Origin: an uncultured Methanoregulaceae archaeon
GTDB lineage: Archaea > Halobacteriota > Methanomicrobia > Methanomicrobiales > Methanospirillaceae
Length of the DNA: 64,000 nt
Assembly (NCBI GenBank): GCA_963701095.1
Contig: OY969564.1
Coordinates: 544,001-608,000 of the forward strand
Reading direction: 5' to 3'
Shown here: positions 44,885 through 54,989 of the stretch, piece after piece
Position numbering within the stretch: the stretch's first letter is position 1
How the letters are laid out: the number at the start of each line of letters is the position of its first letter
Notes under the pieces: generated by a model
What the model was told of the DNA's origin: nothing
What the model saw: only the letters and a program-made list of their open reading frames with translations
The model's database searches: none
Position numbers and translations under genes: made by a program

Positions 44885-45586
44885 TTACGATTGTATATGG
44901 CTGCCGTCGCAGAACGGTTTGTTTCCGGATTTCCCGCACCGGCAGAGCGTAACACGGTTCCTGACAATGTACGGTTTGCCCTCTTCAGAAGTGACTGGTA
45001 TGCTGCCTCTTACCCAGATAGGGCCGTGCTCCCCCCGAGGTGGGTATTCGATAAGTGCAATTGACTTTTCCAGTTCCGGCTCGATAATTTTTCCGGTTTT
45101 CTTGTCCCGGATCACAAGTCTTCCTGAGGGACAGTGGCATGATTCTTCAATTGCCGTTGATTTTGCCTTCGGGACATCCGAGGCTTTGGTGAGGTTCCAG
45201 ATCCCACCGGCCCGCATGCAGAACCGAGCATGGACACAGAGGTTCTCGAAATCATCCAGTTCAAGTTCGGGCCCCGATATGACCCGGGGGTGAAGGAGAT
45301 ACGATTCGTTTCCAGCAGTTTCTTCACCGTTAAAATGGATCTTCACGTGCGTTCCGTCACAAAACGGCTTATTCTGTGAATGGCCGCACCGACAAAGGGC
45401 ATACATTTCTTGTTCAGGAAATTGTTTTACCTTTCGCCAGGTATGGCAGTTTCCTTCCTTGTCGTTACAGATCTCTTCCTGTTGCAAAGGAACGTTCCCC
45501 GTGACAATATAGGGGCCATTCTTCGTTACGGTAATCTTCATAGAATCGGTTTTTGGTTCCTGATTGTTTTTGGGTATTTCTGTCAT
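44885..45586 (-). CDS. CDGSH iron-sulfur protein (two CDGSH domains flanking a divergent Fe-S domain)
   Basis: LCRCGHSQNKPFCDGTH and LCRCGKSGNKPFCDGSH; central CVHARFC...CPSGRL. Confidence 0.9.
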   Translation of the reverse strand: MTEIPKNNQEPKTDSMKITVTKNGPYIVTGNVPLQQEEICNDKEGNCHTWRKVKQFPEQEMYALCRCGHSQNKPFCDGTHVKIHFNGEETAGNESYLLHPRVISGPELELDDFENLCVHARFCMRAGGIWNLTKASDVPKAKSTAIEESCHCPSGRLVIRDKKTGKIIEPELEKSIALIEYPPRGEHGPIWVRGSIPVTSEEGKPYIVRNRVTLCRCGKSGNKPFCDGSHIQS

Positions 45587-45742
45587 GGAGATTATTCCTG
45601 TCCCTCTGTAAATATGTACCTTCTTTGTTACAATCTTGAATTGCCCTGCCGGAGAATAATGGTTTTCTAGGTTAAACCCGGGAAAATGAAAGGAGGATAT
45701 GATGGGTAAAAAACGACATCATAGGGAAAAAGAGGGGGTATT

Positions 45743-46300
45743 TTATTGATTGAACTGTATGTCAAAGTAGATGCTTTTTCCTGATGCTCTAAGGGGGATC
45801 CCGTAAGCAACGCTGCAACCCTTAAGATATCCGGCTTTGAGGGCCACAAATCCCGCCGTGAACATTATCCGGTTGTCGACATTATGGATCGATGCCGTCT
45901 TCACTGCTGATCCAACGGCAATACCAAGGTCAGATATCTTGAGAACACAGTTAGGTCCGGCATACGCAAAGTCCTTGTTCTTCCGGGTCTTCTGCGCTTT
46001 TACCATGTCTGCGCATGTTGAATGCCCGCAGCCGCCGCAGTTGATGCCAAGTGTTTTTTGACCCTCGACACCGATAAGAACCGTAGCATCGCTTGCTTTC
46101 ACCTGTTCACCGTTGATCCGGAGAAAATCCATACCGGTCTCTTTTGCGGTTGCTATCATTTTGTTCCCGAGTGCCGTCTGTTCTTTACCGGAGAGCACTT
46201 CAATTTTTATCGAGTCAAGGCCGCAGGCTTTCGGTGCTGTTCTTGCAGCAAGCGCCATGAGACCAGCAACATTCATTACTGCATCAGATTCAGTTGTCAT
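45743..46300 (-). CDS. Ferredoxin-domain-containing protein (DUF2148-like)
   Basis: AARTAPK..G.D, NCGGCG..TC, GPNC...DLGIAVGSA, DNRIM, GKSIYFD. Confidence 0.8.
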   Translation of the reverse strand: MTTESDAVMNVAGLMALAARTAPKACGLDSIKIEVLSGKEQTALGNKMIATAKETGMDFLRINGEQVKASDATVLIGVEGQKTLGINCGGCGHSTCADMVKAQKTRKNKDFAYAGPNCVLKISDLGIAVGSAVKTASIHNVDNRIMFTAGFVALKAGYLKGCSVAYGIPLRASGKSIYFDIQFNQ

Positions 46301-46349
46301 ACCGGGAAATTAACTTCGTCAGGTAATAAACCATAAGGTATTCAGGCTG

Positions 46350-46673
46350 TCATCCTGTCGAGAGAGCCGATCTTGTATCACTACTGAAGCTGTTGCACTG
46401 GATAGCGCGGTCGGTTCGGACAAAGGAAAGTACGTACCTCTGTCGCTCGTAGTTACGCAGGAGATCGTAAATTATACCAGGGAATGGGTGATAATGTGGC
46501 GTTACAACTGCAGCCGGGTGGAACTCATTGTGAAATGACGTTTCCGTTAAACGTTGGCGGGTGATCTCAACAAGGATTTTTTTGAGAGCAATAAGCTCAT
46601 TAAGCGTAGCGGGATATTCCTTATCATCGATAACCATTTCGATCTGCTCAACAACTTCATTCATCCGGGTCAT
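46350..46673 (-). CDS. Hypothetical protein
   Basis: 107-aa ORF with a GGAG RBS upstream, same strand as neighbours; no recognised motif. Confidence 0.45.
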   Translation of the reverse strand: MTRMNEVVEQIEMVIDDKEYPATLNELIALKKILVEITRQRLTETSFHNEFHPAAVVTPHYHPFPGIIYDLLRNYERQRYVLSFVRTDRAIQCNSFSSDTRSALSTG

Positions 46674-46984
46674 GATATTCCACTTTCTCCTTTCAACTCT
46701 GGATTTTACAAAATAGATGTCAGCTGGGGATTATATATAATAGAAAAATTGGTAGGGTTCTTTTGATTAAAGGGATGGTAGGGTGTTTGAACCACCGGGT
46801 TATATGGAAATTTCCGAACATCCCGACAATCCCAAAAACGATGTGAAACAGATGGATTTGCCAGAAATCTAAAAAACACTACCGTATATCCTGATGTGAC
46901 GGAACCTATAAACGGGATCAGAAGAAATTTATGCAAACTCTTATCTCCGGTTGCTGGGAATCCTACAATATCATTTCCGGCACG

Positions 46985-47638
46985 ATGAGATACCGCACCG
47001 GGAGCGCGACAAAAACGTCTGCACCATCACCAAAGACACAACCTGAACTCTCCGGAGAAGATGCCACCCTTCTTACACTTTACGCCCTCGCCGGAGAGGA
47101 ATGCGGAGAACTCATTACGCTTCATCCCCATCTCTTCCGATTCATCCGTCAACACCTTTTAGCGCTTGGACATACCGCTCTTACCCACCCGGCCTCACAT
47201 GATGTTGAAGTCCGGGAACTCTCCATCCATGAAATGAACCGTGCCGAAGAGGAACTCTGGATCCACGATAACCGACAGAAAGCAGATACCGAGACTGACC
47301 GGTTGTTTGCGGCGTTCTCCGGGACGCAGCTTGTCGGTGTAGCACGTTGTTCCCGGCACCCGGACTGGTATGAAGTTGACAGCGTCTATGTGCTCGAAGA
47401 ATACCGGCATCAGGGATTTGCCAGGCTGGTCATGAAACGGCTTATCGAAGAATGCGGCCGTCATGAAACACTCCATCTGCATGCAAAGCCGGAACTAGTT
47501 GATTTCTACCGGGAGATGGGGTTTGTTCCGGTCCAGTCCCCAGAGATACCAGAAACGATCCGGCCAGAGTCTGATGCATATGGCTCCGTGGAAAACAGCA
47601 CCTGTTCAATGAAACGCGACCCTTCTCCCGGCTCATAA
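46985..47638 (+). CDS. GNAT-family N-acetyltransferase
   Basis: VGVAR, VYVLEEYRHQGFA..VM, FY..MGF motifs; start uncertain. Confidence 0.8.
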   Translation: MRYRTGSATKTSAPSPKTQPELSGEDATLLTLYALAGEECGELITLHPHLFRFIRQHLLALGHTALTHPASHDVEVRELSIHEMNRAEEELWIHDNRQKADTETDRLFAAFSGTQLVGVARCSRHPDWYEVDSVYVLEEYRHQGFARLVMKRLIEECGRHETLHLHAKPELVDFYREMGFVPVQSPEIPETIRPESDAYGSVENSTCSMKRDPSPGS

Positions 47639-47695
47639 GCGCGAAATAAAGACTGGTATATGGTGGATGAATGATATCACACATCAGGTCACGGT

Positions 47696-47725
47696 ATTTG
47701 GCAGATAAACAGTATCTGAACAAAT
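47696..47725. promoter_or_regulatory. Inverted repeat upstream of the Hyf/Ehr operon
   Basis: ATTTG-g-CAGATA-aacag-TATCTG-aa-CAAAT, 23 bp before the first ATG. Confidence 0.45.
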
Positions 47726-47747
47726 CCATGTTTAAGGAAATGGTTGA

Positions 47748-49696
47748 ATGATCGGCCTTTTCTTCAATATCGTAATCCTCATCTTCCTTGCCGGCATCGC
47801 CATCGCTCTCTTGGGCGCGGGGCGCGACGACTCCGTCATTCGCACACTCTCGCTTGCCTGCACTGCCGGAGCTTCGGCACTGCTTGCCCTTTTTGCGCTT
47901 TTCATACTTGTCACCGGTACTTCTGTTACCGTTATCGCATGGCAGCCATTTCCCGGCTTTCAAATTGCATTCTTTATTGACCGGCTTGCTGCGTTTTTCC
48001 TCTTTCTTATCAGCATAGTTACCGTGTGTGTCGCAACATACAGCACGGAGTATATCGATCATATGGACGGAGGAACCCGGCGCAATCTTTTGTGCGGCTG
48101 CATCGGTACCTTCGTGCTCGCAATGGTCCTTGTCGTGGCCTCACAAAACACGATCTCCTTTCTCTTGTTCTGGGAGCTCATGGCAGCGATCTCCTTTATT
48201 CTCGTGATGTATGATTATACGCACGCCGAAACCAGAAAAGCAGGGATCTTTTATTTTGTGATGACACAGCTCTCTACCCTCTTTGTGATATTTGGGGTAA
48301 TCGCTCTTTTTGTCGCAACAGGTTCGTTTGCAATCGCCCGGATAACGGTACCGGCCGCGTCGACGCCACTGGTAACTGCCGGGTTTCTTTCGCTCTTTAT
48401 CGGTTTTTCCATAAAGGCTGGCATCATCCCTTTCCATAAATGGCTCCCATATGCCCACCCGGCAACCCCAACACCGGTCTCAGCACTCATGTCAGGTATT
48501 ATGCTCAAGGTAGCAGTCTATGGTCTTCTCCGGTTCGTCATTACCGTTTTTTCTCCGGATGCCTGGTGGGGTGAGTTGATACTTGCCGCTGGTATAACAT
48601 CAGCAGTCCTCGGAGTCATCTATGCGATCAAGGAAGATGACATAAAAGGCCTTCTGGCATACTCGAGCATAGAAAATATCGGCATTATATTTGTTGGTAT
48701 AGGCCTCTATGTCATCTTTTCCTGTTCAGGACTTGCCCTGCTTGCGACTATCAGCCTGCTTGCCGCACTTTTCCACTCCCTTAACCATGCGTTGTTTAAA
48801 AGCCTCCTTTTCCTTACGGCCGGGTCCGTGGTGCACGCTACACATACGCGAGATATCGAAAAAATGGGCGGACTTGCCGGAAAAATGCCCCTAACCTCAG
48901 CCCTCTTTTTTACCGGTGCTGCTGCCATTGCCGCTCTTCCGCCGCTTAATGGTTTTGCGAGCGAGCTTTTGATCTATACGGCATTCTTTGAATCTGTCGC
49001 TGTCGTCAATCCCCTCCTCAAAGTAATCCTGTTTATATGTCTTGCTCTCTTTGCTTTGACAAGCGCTCTTTCCGCAGCCTGCTTTGTGAAAGCCTTTGGC
49101 TCCATTTTCCTTGCCAGGCCGCGGTCTGTCGCATGTGATAATGCGACTGAAGTGGGTCTCGCGATGCTCGCAGGCCCTGCTGTCCTCGCTGCATTATGTG
49201 TGGGCCTTGGTGTCTTCTCGTACCAGATTTTTACTGCGTTCGGTTATGTCCTACCAATACCTGACCTGCTGGTAATAAGCCTCCTTCTCCTATTCATGGG
49301 ACTACTTACCTACGGCATCCTGTATTTTACCTCTTTCCGGGAAAGCAGGATCAGTGAAACCTGGGGATGTGGTGCACGATCCCTTTCCTCGTCGACAGAA
49401 TATACCGGCCACGGTTTCTCGGAACCAATCGTTACCATCTTTTCATCCATATACCGGACAAAAAAGACCAGCACCAAAACCTATTATGATGACCATGACC
49501 TCATCTTTGATTCGGGAACCGCTGAATCCGGTTGGTAAAATTCTTCGAGGAATACCTGTACCTGCCCATTTCCCGGGGAGCTACCCAAGCTGCAAGCTTT
49601 ATCGTCCGCATGCAGAACGGGTGCCTTGACACGTATATCCTCTATGTTTTCTTGGCTGTTGTGGTCGTCATCGTTTTGTTAGGGGTGCTTTTATGA
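47748..49696 (+). CDS. hyfB: HyfB/EhrA-like antiporter-type membrane subunit; frameshift near 49526
   Basis: FWELM, GFSIKAGIIPFHKWLPYAHP, LAYSSIENIG, NHALFK, PPLNGFASE, TWGCG. Restoring one A extends to ...MQNG..DTYILYVF...LL* overlapping the next ATG (ATGA). Confidence 0.88.
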
Positions 49697-50634
49697 CCGC
49701 GGATTTTCTTATCTATGGTATCATCAATACGATTTTTGTCGTTCTTGTTGCCCCGCTGTTTGTGAGCCTTGTAAAGAAGATCAAGGCGTGGACACAGGGT
49801 CGGCGGGGTCCTTCAATCTTCCAGACGTATTATACGTTCCTGAAACTGTTCCAAAAGGAAGTCATCTTTTCCCCCAACGCGTCCTGGATCACCCGGGTCA
49901 CACCGTGGGTCTGCATTGCCGCTATCCTGACCGCTTCGCTCTTTGTCCCTCTGGTCTATGTGACTTCGCCGGCGGCAGGTATAGGAAATATCATCCTTTT
50001 CCTGTATCTCCTGGTGCTCGCCCGGTTCCTTATGGCCCTCTTGGGTCTTGATGCCGGGAGTGCTTTTGGCGGTATGGGCAGTTCACGTGAAATGAGTGTT
50101 GCAGCGGTCATAGAACCCACCACCATCATTGTCTTTGCTGCACTTGCCTTTGTCTTTAAATCGCTCAATATTATTGACATGGCAGCGACGGCCGCCACGA
50201 CCGGTACACCGGTTACCCCGACGCTGATTTTGCTTGGCATTTCCCTTTTCATCATCCTGATTGTCGAGACTGCACGTATCCCGGTTGATAACCCGGAGAC
50301 CCATCTCGAACTGACCATGATCCACGAAGGTATGATCCTCGAACAGTCCGGAAGGAATCTGGCAATTCTGGAGATCTCGTCTGCAATCAAGCAGACTGTC
50401 CTGATGGCACTCCTCATCAACCTCATTGTCCCCTGGGGGATAGCCACTTCGCTCCTGCCTTTTGTTCTTGCAACTGCAATCGTTCTTTTTATCATAAAAG
50501 GTGCCATTCTTGCCCTTTTCATGGGGCTCTTTGAATCGTCCATGGCAAAGATGCGATTCTTCAGATTGCCGAACCTTTTCATGATGGCGTTCTTTTTCTC
50601 GACGCTTATTATTATCATTGAGGTGTTTGCATGA
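49693..50634 (+). CDS. hyfC: HyfC/NuoH-like membrane subunit
   Basis: QGRRGPSIFQ.Y...KLFQKE, GLDAGSAFGGMGSSRE, ETARIPVDNPETHLELTMIHE. Confidence 0.92.
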   Translation: MTADFLIYGIINTIFVVLVAPLFVSLVKKIKAWTQGRRGPSIFQTYYTFLKLFQKEVIFSPNASWITRVTPWVCIAAILTASLFVPLVYVTSPAAGIGNIILFLYLLVLARFLMALLGLDAGSAFGGMGSSREMSVAAVIEPTTIIVFAALAFVFKSLNIIDMAATAATTGTPVTPTLILLGISLFIILIVETARIPVDNPETHLELTMIHEGMILEQSGRNLAILEISSAIKQTVLMALLINLIVPWGIATSLLPFVLATAIVLFIIKGAILALFMGLFESSMAKMRFFRLPNLFMMAFFFSTLIIIIEVFA

Positions 50635-51323
50635 CGGATCCTGCATATTTAAACGGTATCGTCAAGGTTCTGTTCGTCTGCGTGATTATTACGTCTGCGT
50701 ATATCATAACAACAAGAAACCTCATCAGTCTGGTCCGGGTATATGCACTCCAGTCACTTGCACTTGTCGCAATAGCCCTTTCACTTGCCTGGTACGAAGC
50801 TGATTCCGTCCTCCTTGCTATTGCTATCATTACGTTGGTTTTCAAGGTGTTCCTGATCCCTTACTTCATCGCGACCATTCAGGAAAAAATCCGGATCAAA
50901 CGGGATATTGACTTCCATTTCCTGAGCCCTACCAGTTCGTTGTTAATTTCGCTTGCTCTGATGATTGTCGTCTATATCATGCTCTCACGGATCTTCCCGG
51001 ACATGATGGTAAAAGGCAGTCTATTTTTCTTCGGGGCTGTTATCGGGATCTCGCTTGTCCTGATGGGGATGATGGTCACCTTTTCCCGTAAACGGGCAAT
51101 AACCAAAGTACTGGGCTACTTATCGATGGAGAATGGTGTTCTGCTTTTTGGTATTTTTGCCACCGAGCTTCCGTTCATAATTGAGTTCCTGATCATCATC
51201 GATCTTGTCATCCTCATTATCCTGACCACCATCCTTACCGTAGGGATCGATTCCACGCTTGAGGAGTACCATAACCGGCTTCACCGGTTCTATCTCTGGG
51301 AAGAACAGGAGGAAGCAACATGA
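50631..51323 (+). CDS. hyfE: HyfE-like membrane subunit
   Basis: YALQS, KVFLIPY, GYLSMENG, PFIIE..D; ATGA overlaps on both sides. Confidence 0.85.
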   Translation: MTDPAYLNGIVKVLFVCVIITSAYIITTRNLISLVRVYALQSLALVAIALSLAWYEADSVLLAIAIITLVFKVFLIPYFIATIQEKIRIKRDIDFHFLSPTSSLLISLALMIVVYIMLSRIFPDMMVKGSLFFFGAVIGISLVLMGMMVTFSRKRAITKVLGYLSMENGVLLFGIFATELPFIIEFLIIIDLVILIILTTILTVGIDSTLEEYHNRLHRFYLWEEQEEAT

Positions 51324-52801
51324 TCCTGATCGCTTTTGCCATCTGTGCCCTTGCTGCAATTGTGCTTGTTGCACTCAGCCACACCAACCTGCAGATGAAT
51401 GCAGCTGCGGTCGGGCAGTCAATTGTTTATCTTGCGATCACCGTTTACATTCTCCTCTTTGTCCAGATCCCGGTGAATAATTTCATCGTGGGAAGCGGAT
51501 ATTTCTTCATCGACCATCTCGGCCTTCTGGAAGTGATGGTTGCGACCTGTATTTTCCTTCTCGCAGCCATATATGCCCGGGGATATGTCAGTAATCTGCT
51601 GGCAAACCGTGAGCTGGAACCAGGCAGCCTGAAACTTTTCTATGCCTCCTGGTGCCTGCTTGAACTGGTAATTGTCCTTGCCTTTTTCTCTGACAATCTT
51701 GCGCTGTTCTGGATATTTGCAGAAATGACGACAATCCTTTCCGCGTTGCTGGTTGCCATTCTTTCAGCAAAGGAAAACATCGATGCAGCGCTCAAATATA
51801 TTTTCGTTGCATCGACGGCAATGATTTTTGCTTTTGTCGGTCTTATCTTCCTTTATGAGATATCACTCTCAACGCTTGGCACTGGTACGCTAAACTGGAC
51901 TGTTTTAATGCAGCGCGCTTCAACGTTTCCTGCCGGCATGGTGACTGCTGCATTTATGTTTGTTTTTATCGGGTTTGCCGCAAAATCCGGTATCTTCCCG
52001 TTCCATACGTGGCTTCCGGAAGCCCATGCAAAGGCCCCTTCAGCCGTGAGTGCCGTTCTCTCGGGCGTGCTCCTGAACATAGGAATCTATGGTATCATCC
52101 GGGTCTTTGCGATCGCTCATCAGGCCCATGACCTGGCTGTTCTTACCCCGGTACTCCTGATATTTGCCATTTTCACAATAGCTATTGCGGCAATCTCGAT
52201 GCTTGTCGAAAAGAACCTAAAAAAACTGATCGCGTTTTCAAGCATCGAGAATATGGGCATCATTCTCGCCGGTATAGCCGTGGCCTCACCGCTCGCAATC
52301 TTCTGGGTGCTTTTCCAGATTATCGGGCATGCCCTGACAAAAGCTTCACTCTTTTTCTCGGCCGGCATCCTGCACCGGCAGTACCGGAGCCATATTTCGC
52401 CGGATGCTCCTGATGATATTCATGACGTTTTTAAGTTTCAGCCGCTTGCTGCCTGGGGTATCATCCTTGGAGGCCTTTCAATCATCGGTATACCTCCTTT
52501 CATGGTATTCTTCTCAAAATTCTTTATCCTGCTTTCGCTAGGATCTCTCTCTCTAGGAACACTTGCGGTTGTCCTTGTCCTCCTTTTTATAGCTGCTGCA
52601 GCTTTCGGGTATTTCGTGATAAAGGCATTCTGTCGTACTACACCGTCCGGTGAAATTGACGACCTTGCAGCCTACCGGACCCCCCTTTCCATGGAAGTAC
52701 CCATCGTGATACTCCTTACCCTTGTCCTTATTCTCGGACTTATGTTTCCAGCTGGGGGCACCGCATTCCTTAACCAGATAGTGATGGAGCTGAAGTTCTG
52801 A
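51320..52801 (+). CDS. hyfF: HyfF-like antiporter-type membrane subunit
   Basis: WIFAEMTT, AALKY, GFAAKSGIFPFHTWLPEAH, AFSSIENMG, GHALTKASLF, PPF..F.SK. Confidence 0.9.
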   Translation: MILIAFAICALAAIVLVALSHTNLQMNAAAVGQSIVYLAITVYILLFVQIPVNNFIVGSGYFFIDHLGLLEVMVATCIFLLAAIYARGYVSNLLANRELEPGSLKLFYASWCLLELVIVLAFFSDNLALFWIFAEMTTILSALLVAILSAKENIDAALKYIFVASTAMIFAFVGLIFLYEISLSTLGTGTLNWTVLMQRASTFPAGMVTAAFMFVFIGFAAKSGIFPFHTWLPEAHAKAPSAVSAVLSGVLLNIGIYGIIRVFAIAHQAHDLAVLTPVLLIFAIFTIAIAAISMLVEKNLKKLIAFSSIENMGIILAGIAVASPLAIFWVLFQIIGHALTKASLFFSAGILHRQYRSHISPDAPDDIHDVFKFQPLAAWGIILGGLSIIGIPPFMVFFSKFFILLSLGSLSLGTLAVVLVLLFIAAAAFGYFVIKAFCRTTPSGEIDDLAAYRTPLSMEVPIVILLTLVLILGLMFPAGGTAFLNQIVMELKF

Positions 52802-54383
52802 TGAGCGTACAAAAACTACAGCACGAAAATATCGCCATAACAGTAGTCCAGGAAATCTTCGGTTCTGATGCTGTACCTGCCCGGATCTCGATTGGATGCA
52901 GCGGAGAATGCTCTATAAGCCCGACCACACCGGAATTTGACCGGGCCATTCTCATCCTTGCCAGACATAAATTTGTCCTTATAGGCCTGTTCTGTTCCGA
53001 ATGCCCTGACGGTTCAGGCCATATGCTCCGATATGTTTTTGAACACCGCGACAACCTCCTCGTTCTTGTCAGGCATATCGCCGGAAAACAGGCTATGTCT
53101 GTCGCGACGATCTTTCCCTCGGCTACTTGGCCGGAGCGGGAATGCCGTGATCTGTTTGGCATCAGGTTTGGGGGTGCGTTTGACACCCGGCGCCTTGTAC
53201 TTCATGAAGAATATCCGGAAGGATTCCATCCGCTGGAAAAATCCTGTCCCAACATACCGGTTACTCCAATAAACGCGACAGATACCTATCAATTCCGGAT
53301 GGTCAGTGGCGAGGGTGTCTACCAGGTCCCGGTCGGACCGGTCCATGCCGGTATTATCGAGCCCGGGCATTTTCGGTTCAGCGTGATTGGAGAGACTGTG
53401 TTCAATCTCGAGATCCGCCTGTTCTATACCCATCGCGGTATTGAGAAACTGGCGGAAGGAAAGAATCCGGCAGACTGCATGAAAATTGCCGAAGCCGTCA
53501 GCGGCGACGAATCGGCGGCAAACGCGACCGGGTTCTGTATGGCGGTTGAACGGCTTTCCGATATCATGGTGCCTGACCGTGCCTGGCACCTTCGGACTGT
53601 TTTCTGCGAGTCCGAACGGATCTGTTCCCATCTCGGCGATTTAGCTGGCATGTTGACCGATGTCGCGTTCCCTCTTGGAGCAAGTCAGTTTGCGGTATTG
53701 CGCGAGGAGATGTACCGCGAGAACGAGAAGATTTCCGGCTCCGGTTTCTCCGGGGCATGATCTGCCCCGGTGGCGTGATGCAGGATATTCCTGATGGAAC
53801 TCTGGCCGGTTTCAAGGATTATCTTGTGCGGTTCAAAAAGCAGTTCAGGATCGGGTTATCCATAGTACTTTCGACGACATCGGTGATAGACAGGTTCGCG
53901 CAAACCGGTATTATCAGAAAGCCACTGCTTGCGCCACTCAATATCACCGGGCCGGTCGCACGTGCATCGGGAGGGGAACGGGATGTGCGGGTGGACCATT
54001 CGTACGGCATCTATGACAGGTTTGTTCCTACGCTCCATCTTCTGAACGATGGCGATGTTCTTGCCCGGTTTACGGTAAAGGCTGCAGAGATCCTGGATGC
54101 ACTTGACCTGATTGAACGGGTTATCGCCGCAATTCCTGACGGGCAGATTTGCAGTACTGAACAAATCCGCGACGGTAGTGCACTGGCACTCGTGGAATCA
54201 CCCCGGGGGCAGAATCTTTGCTGGGTTGAGATACAAGAAAAAAAGATCTATCGGTACAAAGTAAGGACTGCATCGTACTGCAACTGGCTTGCACTTGAAC
54301 ACGCTGTACCCGGCAACATTATCGCAGATTTCCCGGTGATCAATAAAAGCCTGAACCTGTCATATGCCGGGACAGATCTCTGA
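52801..54383 (+). CDS. Fused NuoC/NuoD-like large subunit (HyfG/EhrL) without NiFe ligands; frameshift near 53741
   Basis: WPERECRDLFGI, VGPVHAGIIEPGHFRF, HRGIEK, ESPRG, IADFPVINKS. The CxxC sites read VSGDES and NLSYAG. Confidence 0.88.
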
Positions 54384-54394
54384 GGTGAGATAGG

Positions 54395-54913
54395 ATGGTT
54401 AACGCATTTTCCTGCCTGCTAAAAAAGGAAGTTACCGGTACTCTTCCGTTAAAAGATGATGAAATTGAAAAACTTGGTTATGAAATCCGGCAGGAGATCA
54501 ACGCCCGGTTCGGCAGGAGTCTTGCTATCCGGGAGCTGGATGCAGGTAGTGACAATGCGGCAGAGATCGAAATAAACAACCTCAACAATGCGTTCTATGA
54601 TGTGGAACGTTTCGGTATCACGTTTGTAGCCTCCCCCCGCCATGCAGATGTCCTGATGGTAACCGGTGCTATTACCCACAATATGGCTACTGCTGCCCGG
54701 AAAACCTACGATGCAATGCCGTCTCCCAAGTTTGTCATTGCCGTGGGCGACGATGCCTGCAATGGCGGCATCTACCAAGGAACATACGCAGTCCTTGGTG
54801 GAGCAGACAAGATCCTGCCGGTGGATTTGAAAATACCCGGTAATCCACCGACACCTCTCAAGATTCTTACCGGTCTACTTGCCCTGATGCGATATGCCGG
54901 GAAAAAATCGTGA
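54395..54913 (+). CDS. NuoB/HyfI/EhrS-like small subunit with Fe-S cysteines replaced
   Basis: RSLAIRELDAGSDNAAEIEI, ASPRHADV, AVGDDA, IPGNPPTP. Confidence 0.88.
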   Translation: MVNAFSCLLKKEVTGTLPLKDDEIEKLGYEIRQEINARFGRSLAIRELDAGSDNAAEIEINNLNNAFYDVERFGITFVASPRHADVLMVTGAITHNMATAARKTYDAMPSPKFVIAVGDDACNGGIYQGTYAVLGGADKILPVDLKIPGNPPTPLKILTGLLALMRYAGKKS

Positions 54914-54989
54914 GAACAAACGACAATTAATCGCAAATTTTTGTTAATATTTCTTTTCCGCTTTTTGGCTTTATTTCCCTCGTCTTTTT

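Noticed and set aside
52801..54913. A functional group 4 [NiFe] hydrogenase or formate hydrogenlyase
   Set aside because: Both Ni-binding CxxC motifs are absent, and there are no maturation protease or fdh genes nearby.
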